In this document: positions 20,420-30,913 of the stretch, piece after piece
How the letters are laid out: each line of letters opens with the position of its first letter
How positions within the stretch are numbered: the first letter of the stretch is position 1
DNA from: Cyclobacteriaceae bacterium
GTDB lineage: Bacteria; Bacteroidota; Bacteroidia; Cytophagales; Cyclobacteriaceae
Reading direction: 5' to 3'
Length of the DNA: 64,000 nucleotides
Assembly: GCA_019638355.1 (NCBI GenBank)
Contig: JAHBTY010000003.1
Coordinates: 333,325-397,324 of the forward strand
Made by a program: the position numbers and the translations under genes
Notes under the pieces: generated by a model
Seen by the model: the letters and a program-made list of their open reading frames with translations, nothing else
The model's database searches: none
What the model was told of the DNA's origin: nothing

Positions 20420-21253
20420 ATGAAAGCTCCAAACCTCGTATTGCTTACCGATTTTTCGCCACTGTCAAAAGTGGCTATGTTGTATGCGCTTAAGATGGCG
20501 GCCCCACTGGGTGCAAATTTCACGATATTAAATATTGTGCGGGTGGATGGAATTCCGAAGGCTAATCTTAAAACACGGCAGTTAGAAAAAACTATTACAG
20601 AAATTGCGCAAGAAGAAGGTGATAGTCTGGTGGCTGAATTAAGAACTCAGGTCAAAGGTAATTACACACTCACCTTCAAACCTATTAAGGCCCGCACAGT
20701 AGCCGAAATGGTTCGCAAGTATGTAAGTAACAACCCTACCAATATGGTGGTAATGGGTTTGCAGGGTGCTTCGGCATTAAAGAAGGCAGGTCGGTTGGGT
20801 GGCACAACTGTATCGGTGATTGATGAATGCCCGGTGCCGGTATTGGCCATTCCGGCCTATGCGAAATACAGTAATCTGAAAAGTATTGTGTATGCCACTG
20901 ATATGAAGAATATAAAGAAGGAGTTGGATATTATTGTTGAGTTTGCCAAAATATTCGATTCGTTTGTACACATGATTCACGTTGCACCCACCATCGATAA
21001 AAAAATTGAAGCCGCAGGTTTAGCCGTGGATGAAATCGTGCAGAAGTATGCCTACGACAAAGTAAAGTTCGAATTGATATTGGAAGACGATATTACGAAG
21101 GCAATTGGAAACTATATCCAAAAAACAAATGCTGATGTATTAACCACGTTTACACATAAACTCAGCCTGGAAGAAAAAATCTTTGGCAAGAGTGTTACGC
21201 GCAAACTGGCTTATCAGGGTACTATACCGTTGCTGGCTGTGAAACGGAAATAA
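20420..21253 (+). CDS. Universal stress protein, tandem USP domains
   Basis: LLTDFSPLS, MVVMG..G, CPVPVLAIP, IVYATD, FGKSVTRKLA..IPLL. Confidence 0.85.
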   Translation: MKAPNLVLLTDFSPLSKVAMLYALKMAAPLGANFTILNIVRVDGIPKANLKTRQLEKTITEIAQEEGDSLVAELRTQVKGNYTLTFKPIKARTVAEMVRKYVSNNPTNMVVMGLQGASALKKAGRLGGTTVSVIDECPVPVLAIPAYAKYSNLKSIVYATDMKNIKKELDIIVEFAKIFDSFVHMIHVAPTIDKKIEAAGLAVDEIVQKYAYDKVKFELILEDDITKAIGNYIQKTNADVLTTFTHKLSLEEKIFGKSVTRKLAYQGTIPLLAVKRK

Positions 21254-21267
21254 CAGTAATAAACAAC

Positions 21268-21291
21268 GAACGCCAGATCTCTCTGGCGTTC
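21268..21291. terminator. Hairpin between convergent USP and asnS genes
   Basis: GAACGCCAGA-TCTC-TCTGGCGTTC. Confidence 0.65.
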
Positions 21292-21308
21292 AACTAAGGT
21301 CTTGATAT

Positions 21309-22745
21309 TTAAAACTCCGCGTTACCCGGAAACCGCGGATACGGAATTACATCGCGGATGTTGGTCATACCCGTTACAAAAAGAATCAAACGCTCAAAGC
21401 CTAAACCAAAACCACTGTGTGGTGCTGAGCCAAACTTGCGCAGATCCAGGTACCACCACAAATCTTTTTCAGGCAGGTTCATTTCCTGAACGCGTTTTAA
21501 TAAACGATCGTAGCGTTCTTCGCGCTGCGAGCCACCAATAATTTCACCAATACCCGGAAACAACACATCCATAGCTGCTACGGTTTTGTTATCCTCATTC
21601 TGGCGCATGTAAAATGCTTTTATGTCTTTCGGATAGTTATACAGGATAACCGGTTTCTTAAAGTGTTTTTCTACTAAGTATCGCTCATGCTCCGATTGCA
21701 AATCAACGCCCCACTGATCAATCAGGTATTGAAATTTTTTCTTCTTGTTAGGGTTGGAGTTTTTTAGTATTTCAATTGCCTCTGTATAACTCAACTTTTG
21801 AAATTCGTTTTCAGTAACAAAACGCAGGCGTTCCAGTAAACCTAATTCACTGCGTTGATCTTGCGGCTTGGTATTCTCTTCGTCTTGTGCACGCTTGTGT
21901 AAAAACTCCAGGTCATCTTGGCAATTATCCAACGCATACTTTACCAGGTATTGCAATAAGTCGGTAGCCAATTGCATGTTATCCTGAATATCGTAGAAAG
22001 CCATTTCTGGTTCTATCATCCAGAACTCGGCTAAGTGCCGCGTTGTATTAGAATTTTCAGCACGAAATGTTGGGCCAAACGTATAGATTTCGCTTAATGC
22101 GAGTGCATAGGTTTCGCCTTCCAACTGGCCCGAAACGGTAAGATTGGTTTCTTTACCGAAGAAATCTTCTTTGTGATTGATATGACCGTGTTCATCGCGC
22201 GGTGGATTGTTCGCATCCAATGTTGTAACCCGAAACATAGCCCCGGCACCTTCTGCATCCGACCCTGTAATAACCGGAGTGTGGATATAAAAGAATCCGC
22301 GATCATTAAAAAACTTATGAATCGCGAAAGCCATAGCATGCCGCACGCGCATAACGGCCCCAAAGGTGTTGGTACGCGAACGCAGGTGTGCAATCTCTCG
22401 CAGATATTCTAAACTGGGGCGATTCTTCAATTGCAGCGGGTAAGCTTCCGGGTCGCAATCGCCCAGAATAGTAAGTTCTTTTACTTTCACTTCTACAGCC
22501 TGGCCTTTTCCCAACGAGGCAACCAGTTCGCCCGTTACCGAAATGCATGCACCGGTGGTTATACGTTTCAATATGGCTTCATCCAACGAATTAAGTTCTA
22601 CAACCGCTTGCAGATTTTGAATGGTGGAGCCATCGTTAATGGAAATAAACTGGCTGTTGCGGAAAGTGCGAACCCAACCTTCTGCTTTTACCTGCTGGCC
22701 AGTTGGTTGCATAGCCAATAGCGCGTTGATTTTAGTACGTTTCAT
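21309..22745 (-). CDS. asnS: Asparagine--tRNA ligase
   Basis: [64 protein letters not shown]. Confidence 0.97.
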   Translation of the reverse strand: MKRTKINALLAMQPTGQQVKAEGWVRTFRNSQFISINDGSTIQNLQAVVELNSLDEAILKRITTGACISVTGELVASLGKGQAVEVKVKELTILGDCDPEAYPLQLKNRPSLEYLREIAHLRSRTNTFGAVMRVRHAMAFAIHKFFNDRGFFYIHTPVITGSDAEGAGAMFRVTTLDANNPPRDEHGHINHKEDFFGKETNLTVSGQLEGETYALALSEIYTFGPTFRAENSNTTRHLAEFWMIEPEMAFYDIQDNMQLATDLLQYLVKYALDNCQDDLEFLHKRAQDEENTKPQDQRSELGLLERLRFVTENEFQKLSYTEAIEILKNSNPNKKKKFQYLIDQWGVDLQSEHERYLVEKHFKKPVILYNYPKDIKAFYMRQNEDNKTVAAMDVLFPGIGEIIGGSQREERYDRLLKRVQEMNLPEKDLWWYLDLRKFGSAPHSGFGLGFERLILFVTGMTNIRDVIPYPRFPGNAEF

Positions 22746-22874
22746 CTGTAGAAATACCCTCGTTTTGGGTTGGCAAAAAACGACATTTTGATTTTTTAAT
22801 CAAAATCTAAACGGTACTGCTTTACCGGTACTTAAATGAATGCGCCTACCTTTTTTACATAGCATTTGAAGTGG

Positions 22875-22882
22875 TAAATTTG
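22875..22882 (+). promoter_or_regulatory. Bacteroidota -7 promoter element for rpoN
   Basis: TAAATTTG, 13 nt before ATG 22896. Confidence 0.55.
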
Positions 22883-22895
22883 ACCGAATTAACAC

Positions 22896-24362
22896 ATGCA
22901 AAAACTTAGCTTAAATCAGAGCCTTCAACAAAAACTGTCGCCACAGCAGATACAGTTTATTAAGTTGTTACAGGTACCCACTGCCGAACTTGAGAGCCGA
23001 ATAGAAGAGGAGTTGGAATTGAACCCGGTGCTGGAAGAGGGCTCGGACGAAGAGCAGGAAGAGGCTGATCAGGCCCAGGATCAAACTGAAGCGGATCAGA
23101 CCGATACCGAAATCAATAACGATGAGGTGGACATAAAAGACTACCTGCGCGATGATGATTACAACAGCTACAAAACCCAGTCGGATGGCGATGGTGATGA
23201 TGACGATGATCGTGAGATGCCCATACCCATGGGTACTTCGCTGCACGAAACGTTACTTACCCAACTGGGATTTTTGGGGTTGGATGAGCGCCAGACCAAC
23301 ATCGGCAAACAACTTATAGGCAGTATTGAAGGCGATGGTTACATCCGCAGGGAGTTGGAGTCTATCGTAAATGACCTTGCTTTTTCGCAAGGCATTGAAA
23401 CCAACCTGAATGAGGTTGAATCAATTTTGAAAAAAATTCAAACTTTCGATCCGGCCGGAATTGCTGCCCGCAACCTGCAAGAATGTTTACTCTTGCAATT
23501 AGATCGTATGGACGATGGGCAGGATGTAGATGTGATTGTAGGCAAGCGCATTATTTCGGAATGCTACGAAGAGTTTACCAAAAAACATTACCCTAAAATT
23601 CTAAAGAAGCTTGACCTGGATGATGAAGATTACATTAAAGATGCGATTGAACTGATCGTTCGGCTTAATCCCAAACCGGGTGGCGAAACCAACACCAGCG
23701 GTGTGAAGAATCAGTATGTAATTCCGGATTTTATATTAACCAACAACAATGGAAAGTTGGAGTTGGCACTTAACTCGCGCAATGCTCCTGAGCTTCGGAT
23801 CAGCCGCTCGTACACCGAAATGTTTAAAGCGTACGATAAAAGCGATAAGAAAGATAAGAAACTAAAAGAAGCCGTTTCGTTTGTGAAGCAAAAGCTGGAT
23901 GCAGCCAAATGGTTTATTGATGCCATCAAGCAACGGCAACATACCTTGTTGCGTACCATGCGCGCCATTCTGGAGTTTCAATACGATTATTTTCTGGAGG
24001 GTGATGAAACTAAACTTCGCCCTATGATTTTAAAAGACATTGCACAGATGATTAACATGGATATTTCTACTGTTAGTCGTGTGGCCAGTAGTAAAACCAT
24101 CCAAACCGATTTTGGTGTATTTCCGCTCAAATATTTTTTCTCAGAAGGCATCAGTACCGATTCGGGTGAGGAGGTGAGCAGTAGGGAAGTAAAACAGATT
24201 ATCAAAGATTTGATAGAAGCTGAAGACAAAAACAAACCTTACTCCGATGATAAGCTGGAAGACCTTTTAAATGAAAAAGGTTACAATATTGCCAGGCGCA
24301 CCGTAGCAAAGTATCGCGAACAATTAAATATTCCTGTTGCCCGTTTAAGAAAAGAAATGTGA
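22896..24362 (+). CDS. rpoN: RNA polymerase sigma-54 factor
   Basis: Gln/Leu-rich region I, HTH LRPMILKDIA..STVSRV, RpoN box ARRTVAKYRE. Confidence 0.97.
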   Translation: MQKLSLNQSLQQKLSPQQIQFIKLLQVPTAELESRIEEELELNPVLEEGSDEEQEEADQAQDQTEADQTDTEINNDEVDIKDYLRDDDYNSYKTQSDGDGDDDDDREMPIPMGTSLHETLLTQLGFLGLDERQTNIGKQLIGSIEGDGYIRRELESIVNDLAFSQGIETNLNEVESILKKIQTFDPAGIAARNLQECLLLQLDRMDDGQDVDVIVGKRIISECYEEFTKKHYPKILKKLDLDDEDYIKDAIELIVRLNPKPGGETNTSGVKNQYVIPDFILTNNNGKLELALNSRNAPELRISRSYTEMFKAYDKSDKKDKKLKEAVSFVKQKLDAAKWFIDAIKQRQHTLLRTMRAILEFQYDYFLEGDETKLRPMILKDIAQMINMDISTVSRVASSKTIQTDFGVFPLKYFFSEGISTDSGEEVSSREVKQIIKDLIEAEDKNKPYSDDKLEDLLNEKGYNIARRTVAKYREQLNIPVARLRKEM

Positions 24363-24973
24363 GAGCTGCCGCTACTATTGTTTCCATAATTTTTCACCCC
24401 TTGTTGCTTACCACTTACATGGTTATGCTATTGGGTACTTTCTTTCCTGCCTTGTTAATGATTGCCCCTCAAAACCTGCGGGTGATGGCGGCATTTATAT
24501 TTTGCTTTACATTTTTATTACCGGTAGTAAACCTGATTATGTTTCGCATGTTCGGTACGATAAGTTCCTATACATTGGTAAACCGAACTGAACGGATAAT
24601 ACCCTTTATAGCAATTGCCCTTATCTATATGGTAACTGCACTTTTGTTTTTTATAAAACTTCGGTTTTCGGTTTACTTCAATTATTTGCTATTGATTGTT
24701 GCCATGTTAGTTATGGCTGCTGTAGTGCTGAATTTTTTTTTGAAGGTGAGTGTGCATGCGTTGGCAGCCTGGGGGGGTATCGGTATTTTGCTTCCGTTGA
24801 ATAAAGCGGTTGAACAGTCCGATTTATTATGGCCAACGGCAGGCGCCATTCTGGCTGCAGGGTTTGTAATGGCGGCACGCTTATACCTGAATGCCCACAC
24901 ACCGCGCGAAATTCTGGTGGGTAGTATTTCGGGCTTTTCGATTGGTTTTTTTGGTGTGCTTTATTTTTTCTGA
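24359..24973 (+). CDS. PAP2-like integral membrane protein
   Basis: About 6 hydrophobic helices; KVSVH and ARLYLNAHT motifs; GTG start overlaps the rpoN stop. Confidence 0.6.
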   Translation: MRAAATIVSIIFHPLLLTTYMVMLLGTFFPALLMIAPQNLRVMAAFIFCFTFLLPVVNLIMFRMFGTISSYTLVNRTERIIPFIAIALIYMVTALLFFIKLRFSVYFNYLLLIVAMLVMAAVVLNFFLKVSVHALAAWGGIGILLPLNKAVEQSDLLWPTAGAILAAGFVMAARLYLNAHTPREILVGSISGFSIGFFGVLYFF

Positions 24974-24985
24974 AATGTAAATCGT

Positions 24986-25768
24986 ATGGAATTTAAACAT
25001 CTGTTGTACTCCGTTACCGATGGTGTTGCAACCATCACACTCAATCGCCCCGAAGTGTATAATGCATTGAACGATGAAATAACCTACGAACTTCAGGATG
25101 CCTGGAGGGCGTGCGCAAAAGATGAACAGGTGCGGGTGGTGGTGCTTACCGGTGCCGGTAAGGCTTTTTGTTCCGGCCAGGATTTGAAAGCTGCATCGGG
25201 CAAAGAGAAGAGATCTTTTATGGAATCGTTACATAAGCGCTACAATCCAATAATTCGCGCTATGCGTACGTTGCCCAAACCCATCATAGGCAGAATAAAT
25301 GGTGTGGCAGCAGGGGCGGGGTGTTCGATTGCACTTGCATGCGATGTGTTGGTGGCAGCCGAAGAAGCAAGTTTAATAGAAGTATTTATTAATATTGGAT
25401 TGGTACCCGATTCGGGTTCGGCTTACTTTTTACCTCGGCTGGTGGGCACAGCCAAAGCATTTGAACTTTGTTCTACCGGAAGGAAAGTACCTGCTGCTGA
25501 AGCTTTACAACTTGGATTAGTAAGTAGGGTTGCACCATTGGCGCAGTTAGATGAAGCCGTAAAAAGTTACACCGATTATTATGCTACAGCGCCTACGCAG
25601 GCTATTGGTTTAATCAAAAAGATGCTGAATAAATCCACCCAGGCATCATTAGATGAGATGTTGGAGTACGAAGCCTATTGCCAGGAAATAGCCGGTAGTT
25701 CTGCCGATTACAAAGAAGGTGTAACTGCGTTTCTTGAAAAACGCAAAGCAGTATTTAAGGGGCTTTAA
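24986..25768 (+). CDS. Enoyl-CoA hydratase/isomerase, PaaG-like
   Basis: TITLNRPEVYNAL, AFCSGQDL, GVAAGAG, GLVPDSG. Confidence 0.85.
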   Translation: MEFKHLLYSVTDGVATITLNRPEVYNALNDEITYELQDAWRACAKDEQVRVVVLTGAGKAFCSGQDLKAASGKEKRSFMESLHKRYNPIIRAMRTLPKPIIGRINGVAAGAGCSIALACDVLVAAEEASLIEVFINIGLVPDSGSAYFLPRLVGTAKAFELCSTGRKVPAAEALQLGLVSRVAPLAQLDEAVKSYTDYYATAPTQAIGLIKKMLNKSTQASLDEMLEYEAYCQEIAGSSADYKEGVTAFLEKRKAVFKGL

Positions 25769-26517
25769 AACCCGTTAATCGAAATTCCTACAGTAAGCGT
25801 ATTGATGTCCAATCCTTGCGGGCCTTTACCTTTCTCAAACATTTCAGAAAGATTGTAAAAGGCAAACCAACTAAAGCCACCAATCCCGATGCGGGTATAA
25901 ACACCATACCGAAAATCATTTAAACCAAAGCTTTGTTTATCCTTCACCTTAACACTTTCGGCACCGTCTTTATACTTCACTTTGGTAAACGAATTCATTC
26001 GTAACCCCACACGACCACCAATGGCTACATTAAAACTGCGGGCAATGTCCTCAGGTTTAGTGTCAAACCGGAACTCTATCGGCATTTCAAGGTAGTTGGT
26101 AACAAACATGGATTTTCGAGCCAGGTTCTGATAAACCCGGGTAGGACTTAACAGATTATATTGTTCAACCTGCACGGCTGCGGCAGCTCCGTTCGGAAAA
26201 CTAACCAACTCAGTGGTATCAATTAACATGGCACCATTGGTAAACTTCCAGCGTTCCATACTTAAACCTATACCCGGATTAAAACTGAACTTAGTTCTGC
26301 CAAAGCGGATGGGGTATTGATAGTACAGGTTAACGGTGCGCGAACCCCAAAAGCCTTGGTTCCAGGTTGAGCCGGCATTAAGGGCCCGGTTAACACCCAG
26401 ATCAACCAAAAAAGTACCCGGAATAGAAGGTTTTTTGGTTTTAGCTACTGTTTCATATTGGGCAAAAGCTGCGGTAGTTAGCAGTACAAAAAGCAGGGTG
26501 TTGAAAAAATACTTCAT
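25765..26517 (-). CDS. Outer-membrane beta-barrel (porin-family) protein
   Basis: Signal peptide, alternating beta strands, YLEMPIEFRF, C-terminal Phe. Confidence 0.7.
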   Translation of the reverse strand: MKYFFNTLLFVLLTTAAFAQYETVAKTKKPSIPGTFLVDLGVNRALNAGSTWNQGFWGSRTVNLYYQYPIRFGRTKFSFNPGIGLSMERWKFTNGAMLIDTTELVSFPNGAAAAVQVEQYNLLSPTRVYQNLARKSMFVTNYLEMPIEFRFDTKPEDIARSFNVAIGGRVGLRMNSFTKVKYKDGAESVKVKDKQSFGLNDFRYGVYTRIGIGGFSWFAFYNLSEMFEKGKGPQGLDINTLTVGISINGF

Positions 26518-26552
26518 TGTTCAGATTTAGCTCTTTAACGATGGGCTGCGGC

Positions 26553-26560
26553 CAAAATTA
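26553..26560 (-). promoter_or_regulatory. Bacteroidota -7 promoter element for the porin gene
   Basis: TAATTTTG on the minus strand. Confidence 0.5.
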
Positions 26561-26565
26561 GTTTT

Positions 26566-26601
26566 ATAAAATAAAAATCCTAACCCGCTTGGTGAGTTAG
26601 G
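26566..26601 (-). terminator. Probable intrinsic terminator downstream of tRNA-Arg
   Basis: Minus strand CCTAACTC-loop-GGGTTAGG (one G-U pair) followed by ATTTTTATTTT. Confidence 0.55.
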
Positions 26602-26615
26602 AAGGTTAAATTTAG

Positions 26616-26689
26616 TGGGCCCGGAGGGATTCAAACCCCCAACCTTCTGATCCGTAGTCAGATGCTCTATTCAGTTAAGCTACGGGCCC
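26616..26689 (-). tRNA. tRNA-Arg (anticodon ACG), CCA not encoded
   Basis: GGGCCCG...CGGGCCC acceptor stem; anticodon arm TCTGA-CTACGGA-TCAGA; T-arm GGGGG-TTTGAAT-CCCTC; 74 nt. Confidence 0.95.
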
Positions 26690-26700
26690 AAAAAGGTGTG

Positions 26701-26731
26701 CAAAGGTAATTAAATAATGATTTTTGCCAAA
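26701..26731 (-). promoter_or_regulatory. -33/-7 promoter of the tRNA gene
   Basis: TTTG-N19-TACCTTTG on the minus strand. Confidence 0.7.
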
Positions 26732-26765
26732 CATTTGAGGAAGCCGCAAACCTTTGTTTTTCAGC

Positions 26766-27440
26766 CTAATTCAAAACAAAATTCAGGGGCATGGTCATTC
26801 TTACTTTTACAGGCCTGCCTCTTTGGCGGCCAGGTTGCCACTTAGTAAGAGCCAAAACGCGCATGGCCTCTTCATCGCAACCATTGCCAATTCCTTTAAT
26901 AACTTTCATATCGGTTACTTGCCCGTTTTTATCGATAACAAATTCTACAAAAACTTTACCCTGTGTGTTGGTGTGCCGCGCACGTTTAGGATACTTCAGA
27001 TTTTGGCCAACGAATTTGTAAAAGCCTTCAAAGCCACCTTCTGGCACCGGAGCAACTTCAGGCGCAATCAGAGGTTCTTCTGTTGGTTCAGGTAAAAGCG
27101 TGGCTGAATCAATGCCAATTGTAATAACAGGCTGGTCGAAAGAAATAACATCCGGAGTATCCGATATTGGTTCAGTTGTAGTAATCAGGTTAACTGTTGG
27201 CTTTATAACGGGCGGCTTTACTTGTTTTACTTTTGGTTGCTCGGCTAAGGTAACGTCAGTATTAAGTTGGAATGTTCCATCGTACACCGCATCATCAAAT
27301 GAACAAACCATGTGTTCGCGCTTTTTGATAGGCCATTCAAATGCCATTATGGTTAATGCTACGCTTAGGGTTAAACCAATCAGAAAAAATTTTCCTGATT
27401 GCCGGTGTACATCCTGAGTGGGATTCTTTTTGGCTTCCAT
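26766..27440 (-). CDS. tonB: Energy transducer TonB
   Basis: MEAKKN..FFLIGL N-terminal anchor, Pro-rich linker, TonB_C YPKRA..QGKVFVEFVIDKNG..GCDEEAMRV..WQPG. Confidence 0.88.
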   Translation of the reverse strand: MEAKKNPTQDVHRQSGKFFLIGLTLSVALTIMAFEWPIKKREHMVCSFDDAVYDGTFQLNTDVTLAEQPKVKQVKPPVIKPTVNLITTTEPISDTPDVISFDQPVITIGIDSATLLPEPTEEPLIAPEVAPVPEGGFEGFYKFVGQNLKYPKRARHTNTQGKVFVEFVIDKNGQVTDMKVIKGIGNGCDEEAMRVLALTKWQPGRQRGRPVKVRMTMPLNFVLN

Positions 27441-27466
27441 AGTAAGTTTGTTTTGGTTATACCTTT

Positions 27467-27730
27467 CTAATGCCAAGAACTATATCCCGTCACAACCAAA
27501 TGGTTATTTACTTTTGATGTGGGCTTACTTTGTTTTTTCTCCCACCGGGTAATGGCCATGAAAATGATAACAACCAATGCAATCAATAACAAGAAAGTAA
27601 AGATGCGTGTAATTTGTTTAAAGCGTTTTTCATTGCTGTGCTGCTTTAACACAGCGTTGTAATTCCGGTACCGATCGCTGCCGCGGGCACTCATGCGTTG
27701 TCTGCGCAATCGTATTTCATGCTTACCCAT
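27467..27730 (-). CDS. Small single-pass membrane protein, possible minimal anti-sigma factor
   Basis: 87 aa; basic N-terminus, one TM helix (IFTFLLLIALVVIIFMAI); start overlaps the ECF sigma stop. Confidence 0.6.
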   Translation of the reverse strand: MGKHEIRLRRQRMSARGSDRYRNYNAVLKQHSNEKRFKQITRIFTFLLLIALVVIIFMAITRWEKKQSKPTSKVNNHLVVTGYSSWH

Positions 27731-28283
27731 CGTACTTCACCTTTAAATTGAAATTTGTACGGAGTTTATCCAGTGCCCGGTAGGTGCGCATTTTAGCTCC
27801 GCTCTCCGTAATATCCAGAATAAATGCAATTTCTTTAAAATCCTTGTCTTCAAAAAAACGAAGTTCAAGTACCTGAATCATATCGGTGGGCAATTCATTC
27901 ATGTACTGCAGCACCCGGGTAATCATTTCTTCATCCCAATCATCTGTACCTTGCTCAATCAATTCGCGTACTTTTAGTTCTTCAATGCTGAAAATTTTGT
28001 TGCCTTTGTTTTTACGATAGTGTTTGTTCACTTCATTGCCGGCAATCTTGTAAAGCCAGGCCGAAAACGGAAACCCCCGAAACTCATACCGGTTAATATT
28101 ATGAAGGGCGTTTACAAAAGTTTGCGAGCATAAATCTCCGGCTAGTTCCTCATCATCGGTTTGGCGAAGTACATAATTAAAAATCCGGTCGAAGTATTTC
28201 TCGTATAATTCGCCAAAAGCACGCGGGTCTTTTTTCGAACGCTCGATTATTTGTTCTTCCTTCCGGATTTCATCTTCCGACAT
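27723..28283 (-). CDS. ECF-family RNA polymerase sigma factor
   Basis: AFGELYEKY, region 2 FSAWLYKIAGN, region 4 DFKEIAFILDITESGAKMRTYRA. Confidence 0.9.
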   Translation of the reverse strand: MSEDEIRKEEQIIERSKKDPRAFGELYEKYFDRIFNYVLRQTDDEELAGDLCSQTFVNALHNINRYEFRGFPFSAWLYKIAGNEVNKHYRKNKGNKIFSIEELKVRELIEQGTDDWDEEMITRVLQYMNELPTDMIQVLELRFFEDKDFKEIAFILDITESGAKMRTYRALDKLRTNFNLKVKYDG

Positions 28284-28416
28284 GCGGTTTAAGGTTAAAG
28301 CCTACCGGTTACATGCTTAATAATCCGAAGGTTTTAGGAAAGTCACAAGTGTAATAATTTGTATTGTACTCTGTTAGGGAAATCTTTAGCTTTCCTTTTC
28401 AGAAACCAACTATACC

Positions 28417-30891
28417 ATGAAATATTTTTTGCTTTTCGTTTCTCTTTTTGTTGCGGCCATCGGCTGGGGCCAGCGCAAAAAGGAAGTATCACCAACACCG
28501 GAACCAGTTGTAAAACCGGCAGCCTCACCCATCGAAGCTAAAATTGCCGGCTTGAAAAAATATCCGGGCTTTCTGGAATTTTATTATGATGAAAAGCAGG
28601 ACAAGGTTTTGATTTTGATAGATAAGCTAAATACCGAGTTGCTTTATGTTGAATCATTAACTGCGGGTGTCGGCTCAAATGATATTGGCTTAGACCGTAA
28701 TAAACTGGGGCGTGAGCGTATTGTAAAGTTTGAAAAGCGTGGCCCAAAGGTTTTGATGATTGAACCAAATTATTCGTTCCGGGCAATTTCGAATGATGCG
28801 GCTGAGCGCAGGGCAGTTGAAGAAGCCTTTGCACAGTCGGTATTGTGGGGCTTTTCTGTGCTGGCCGAAGAAGGTGGAAAAATTTTGGTTGATGCAACGG
28901 ATTTCCTTTTACAGGATGCACACGATGTAATTGGTACGTTGCGCAGTGCACAACAAGGAAACTACTCATTGGATAAATCACGCTCTGCGTTTTATTTGCC
29001 ACGCACAAAAAACTTTCCACAGAATACCGAGTTTGAAGTTACGCTAACCTTTACCGGGCAACCTACCGGTGGTTTTATTCGCAGTGTTACACCTACACCT
29101 TCCAGTGTAACGGTTCGCGAACATCACTCATTTGTACAACTGCCCGATACTAATTACAAACCGCGCAAGGCTGATCCGCGGGCAGGTTATTTTGGAATTT
29201 CATATTATGATTATGCCACCCCCATTAGCGAGCCGATTTTAAAACGTTTTATTGCACGCCATCGGCTTGAAAAAAAAGATCCACGTGCTGCAGTGAGTGA
29301 AGCTGTAAAGCCCATTGTTTATTACATGGATCCCGGGGCACCGGAACCCATTCGTTCGGCTTTAATGGATGGTGCGCGTTGGTGGAACCAGGCCTTTGAA
29401 GCTGCTGGATATAAAGATGCATTTCAGGTAAAAGTATTGCCTGAAGATGCCGACCCCATGGATGTTCGGTATAATGTAATTAACTGGGTTCATCGTTCCA
29501 CCCGCGGTTGGTCTTACGGGGCTTCCGTTACCGATCCGCGCACTGGCGAAATTCTGAAAGGTCATGTGGCGCTTGGTTCGCTACGCGTACGGCAGGATTA
29601 TTTGATTGCGGAAGGATTGCTGGCACCTTATGAAGAGGGAAAACCTGTTTCGAAAGAGATGGAACAAATGGCCTTGGCTCGTTTGCGTCAACTGGCAGCC
29701 CACGAAGTTGGTCATACGCTGGGTATTGCACATGCGTATTCTTCCAGTTCTGAAAACCTGGCTTCGGTTATGGATTATCCGCACCCAATAGCAACACTTA
29801 AAGATGGTAGGATTGATTTAAGCAAAGCATACGATGATAAGATTGGTGAACTGGATAAAGTAATGGTGGCCTATGGTTACCAGCATTTTCCTGATGGTAC
29901 CGATGAAGATAAAGCGCTGAATGATATTATTCAGAACTCACTCAAGGCAGGTTTAACATTTTTATCCGATCAGGATGCCCGGCCTGTAGGTGGTGCTCAT
30001 CCATTTGCCCACTTGTGGGACAACGGAAAAGACCCGGTGGAGGAACTTGACCGAGTGATGGAAGTTAGAAATGTGGCCTTGAAAAATTTTGGTGAGCGCA
30101 ATATAAAACCGGGTGCCCCTATGGCAACGTTGGAAGAAGTGCTGGTACCGGTTTATTTCTTCCATCGTTACCAGGCCGAAGCCGCGGTAAAAATTATTGG
30201 CGGATTGAATTACCGGTACGCCTTACGAGGCGATGGCCAGCCTGTGGCTGAGTTGTTAACACCCCAGAAGGAACTGAAGGCGTTGGAGTCGTTGCTAAAA
30301 ACGGTGCAACCTGCTGCGCTTGCATTGCCAGAAAGTGTATTAAAACAAATTCCACCACGACCGCTTGGCTACACTCGCCACCGCGAGTTGTTGCGCGGTA
30401 AAACCGATTTAACATTCGATCCGCTTGCTGCCGCAGAAACCGCAGCCGATATGACGTTTGGTTTGATTTTACATCCGGCCCGTGCGAATAGAGTATTTGA
30501 ACATCACTCACGCGATGCGCGGCTACCAAGTTTAGAAAGTGTACTCGATAAAATGATTACGGCAACATTTAAGGCTCCGGCCCGTGGAGGTTACGAAGGC
30601 GCGGTGCAGATGAGTATTAATTATGCGTTGTTTACAAATCTCACCAAGTTGGCGATGAGTAAAGATGCATCAGCACCCACACGTGCCATTGTAACAGCAA
30701 AACTGGATCAGTTGAAGGTGTGGTTGCAATCACGTCCGGCAACTGATGAATCGTGGCGCGCTTATAACAGCTACCTCGCTCAACAGGTGCTTAAGTTTCA
30801 ACAAAATCCTGATGAGTTTAAGCAAGATGTATTATTGGCAGCGCCTCCGGGCATGCCAATTGGAAGTACGGAAGAAGCTTGCGGAAATTAA
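28417..30891 (+). CDS. Exported zinc-dependent metalloprotease (metzincin; EcxA/DUF5117-DUF4953-like)
   Basis: Signal peptide; HEVGHTLGIAH, Met-turn SVMDY; KPIVYY, DPRTGEI. Confidence 0.88.
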   Translation: MKYFLLFVSLFVAAIGWGQRKKEVSPTPEPVVKPAASPIEAKIAGLKKYPGFLEFYYDEKQDKVLILIDKLNTELLYVESLTAGVGSNDIGLDRNKLGRERIVKFEKRGPKVLMIEPNYSFRAISNDAAERRAVEEAFAQSVLWGFSVLAEEGGKILVDATDFLLQDAHDVIGTLRSAQQGNYSLDKSRSAFYLPRTKNFPQNTEFEVTLTFTGQPTGGFIRSVTPTPSSVTVREHHSFVQLPDTNYKPRKADPRAGYFGISYYDYATPISEPILKRFIARHRLEKKDPRAAVSEAVKPIVYYMDPGAPEPIRSALMDGARWWNQAFEAAGYKDAFQVKVLPEDADPMDVRYNVINWVHRSTRGWSYGASVTDPRTGEILKGHVALGSLRVRQDYLIAEGLLAPYEEGKPVSKEMEQMALARLRQLAAHEVGHTLGIAHAYSSSSENLASVMDYPHPIATLKDGRIDLSKAYDDKIGELDKVMVAYGYQHFPDGTDEDKALNDIIQNSLKAGLTFLSDQDARPVGGAHPFAHLWDNGKDPVEELDRVMEVRNVALKNFGERNIKPGAPMATLEEVLVPVYFFHRYQAEAAVKIIGGLNYRYALRGDGQPVAELLTPQKELKALESLLKTVQPAALALPESVLKQIPPRPLGYTRHRELLRGKTDLTFDPLAAAETAADMTFGLILHPARANRVFEHHSRDARLPSLESVLDKMITATFKAPARGGYEGAVQMSINYALFTNLTKLAMSKDASAPTRAIVTAKLDQLKVWLQSRPATDESWRAYNSYLAQQVLKFQQNPDEFKQDVLLAAPPGMPIGSTEEACGN

Positions 30892-30913
30892 TAATGACAG
30901 GTGAAAAAATAGT

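Noticed and set aside
22700-22900. Sigma-54 (-24/-12) promoter near rpoN or elsewhere
   Set aside because: No TGGCAC-N5-TTGC match found by eye in the intergenic regions checked.
23040-23220. GAT/GAC-rich repeats in rpoN
   Set aside because: They encode the normal acidic region II; not a DNA repeat element.
26500-26770. tRNA-Arg as an integration site
   Set aside because: No integrase and no duplicated tRNA 3' end seen; flanking genes look like core genes.
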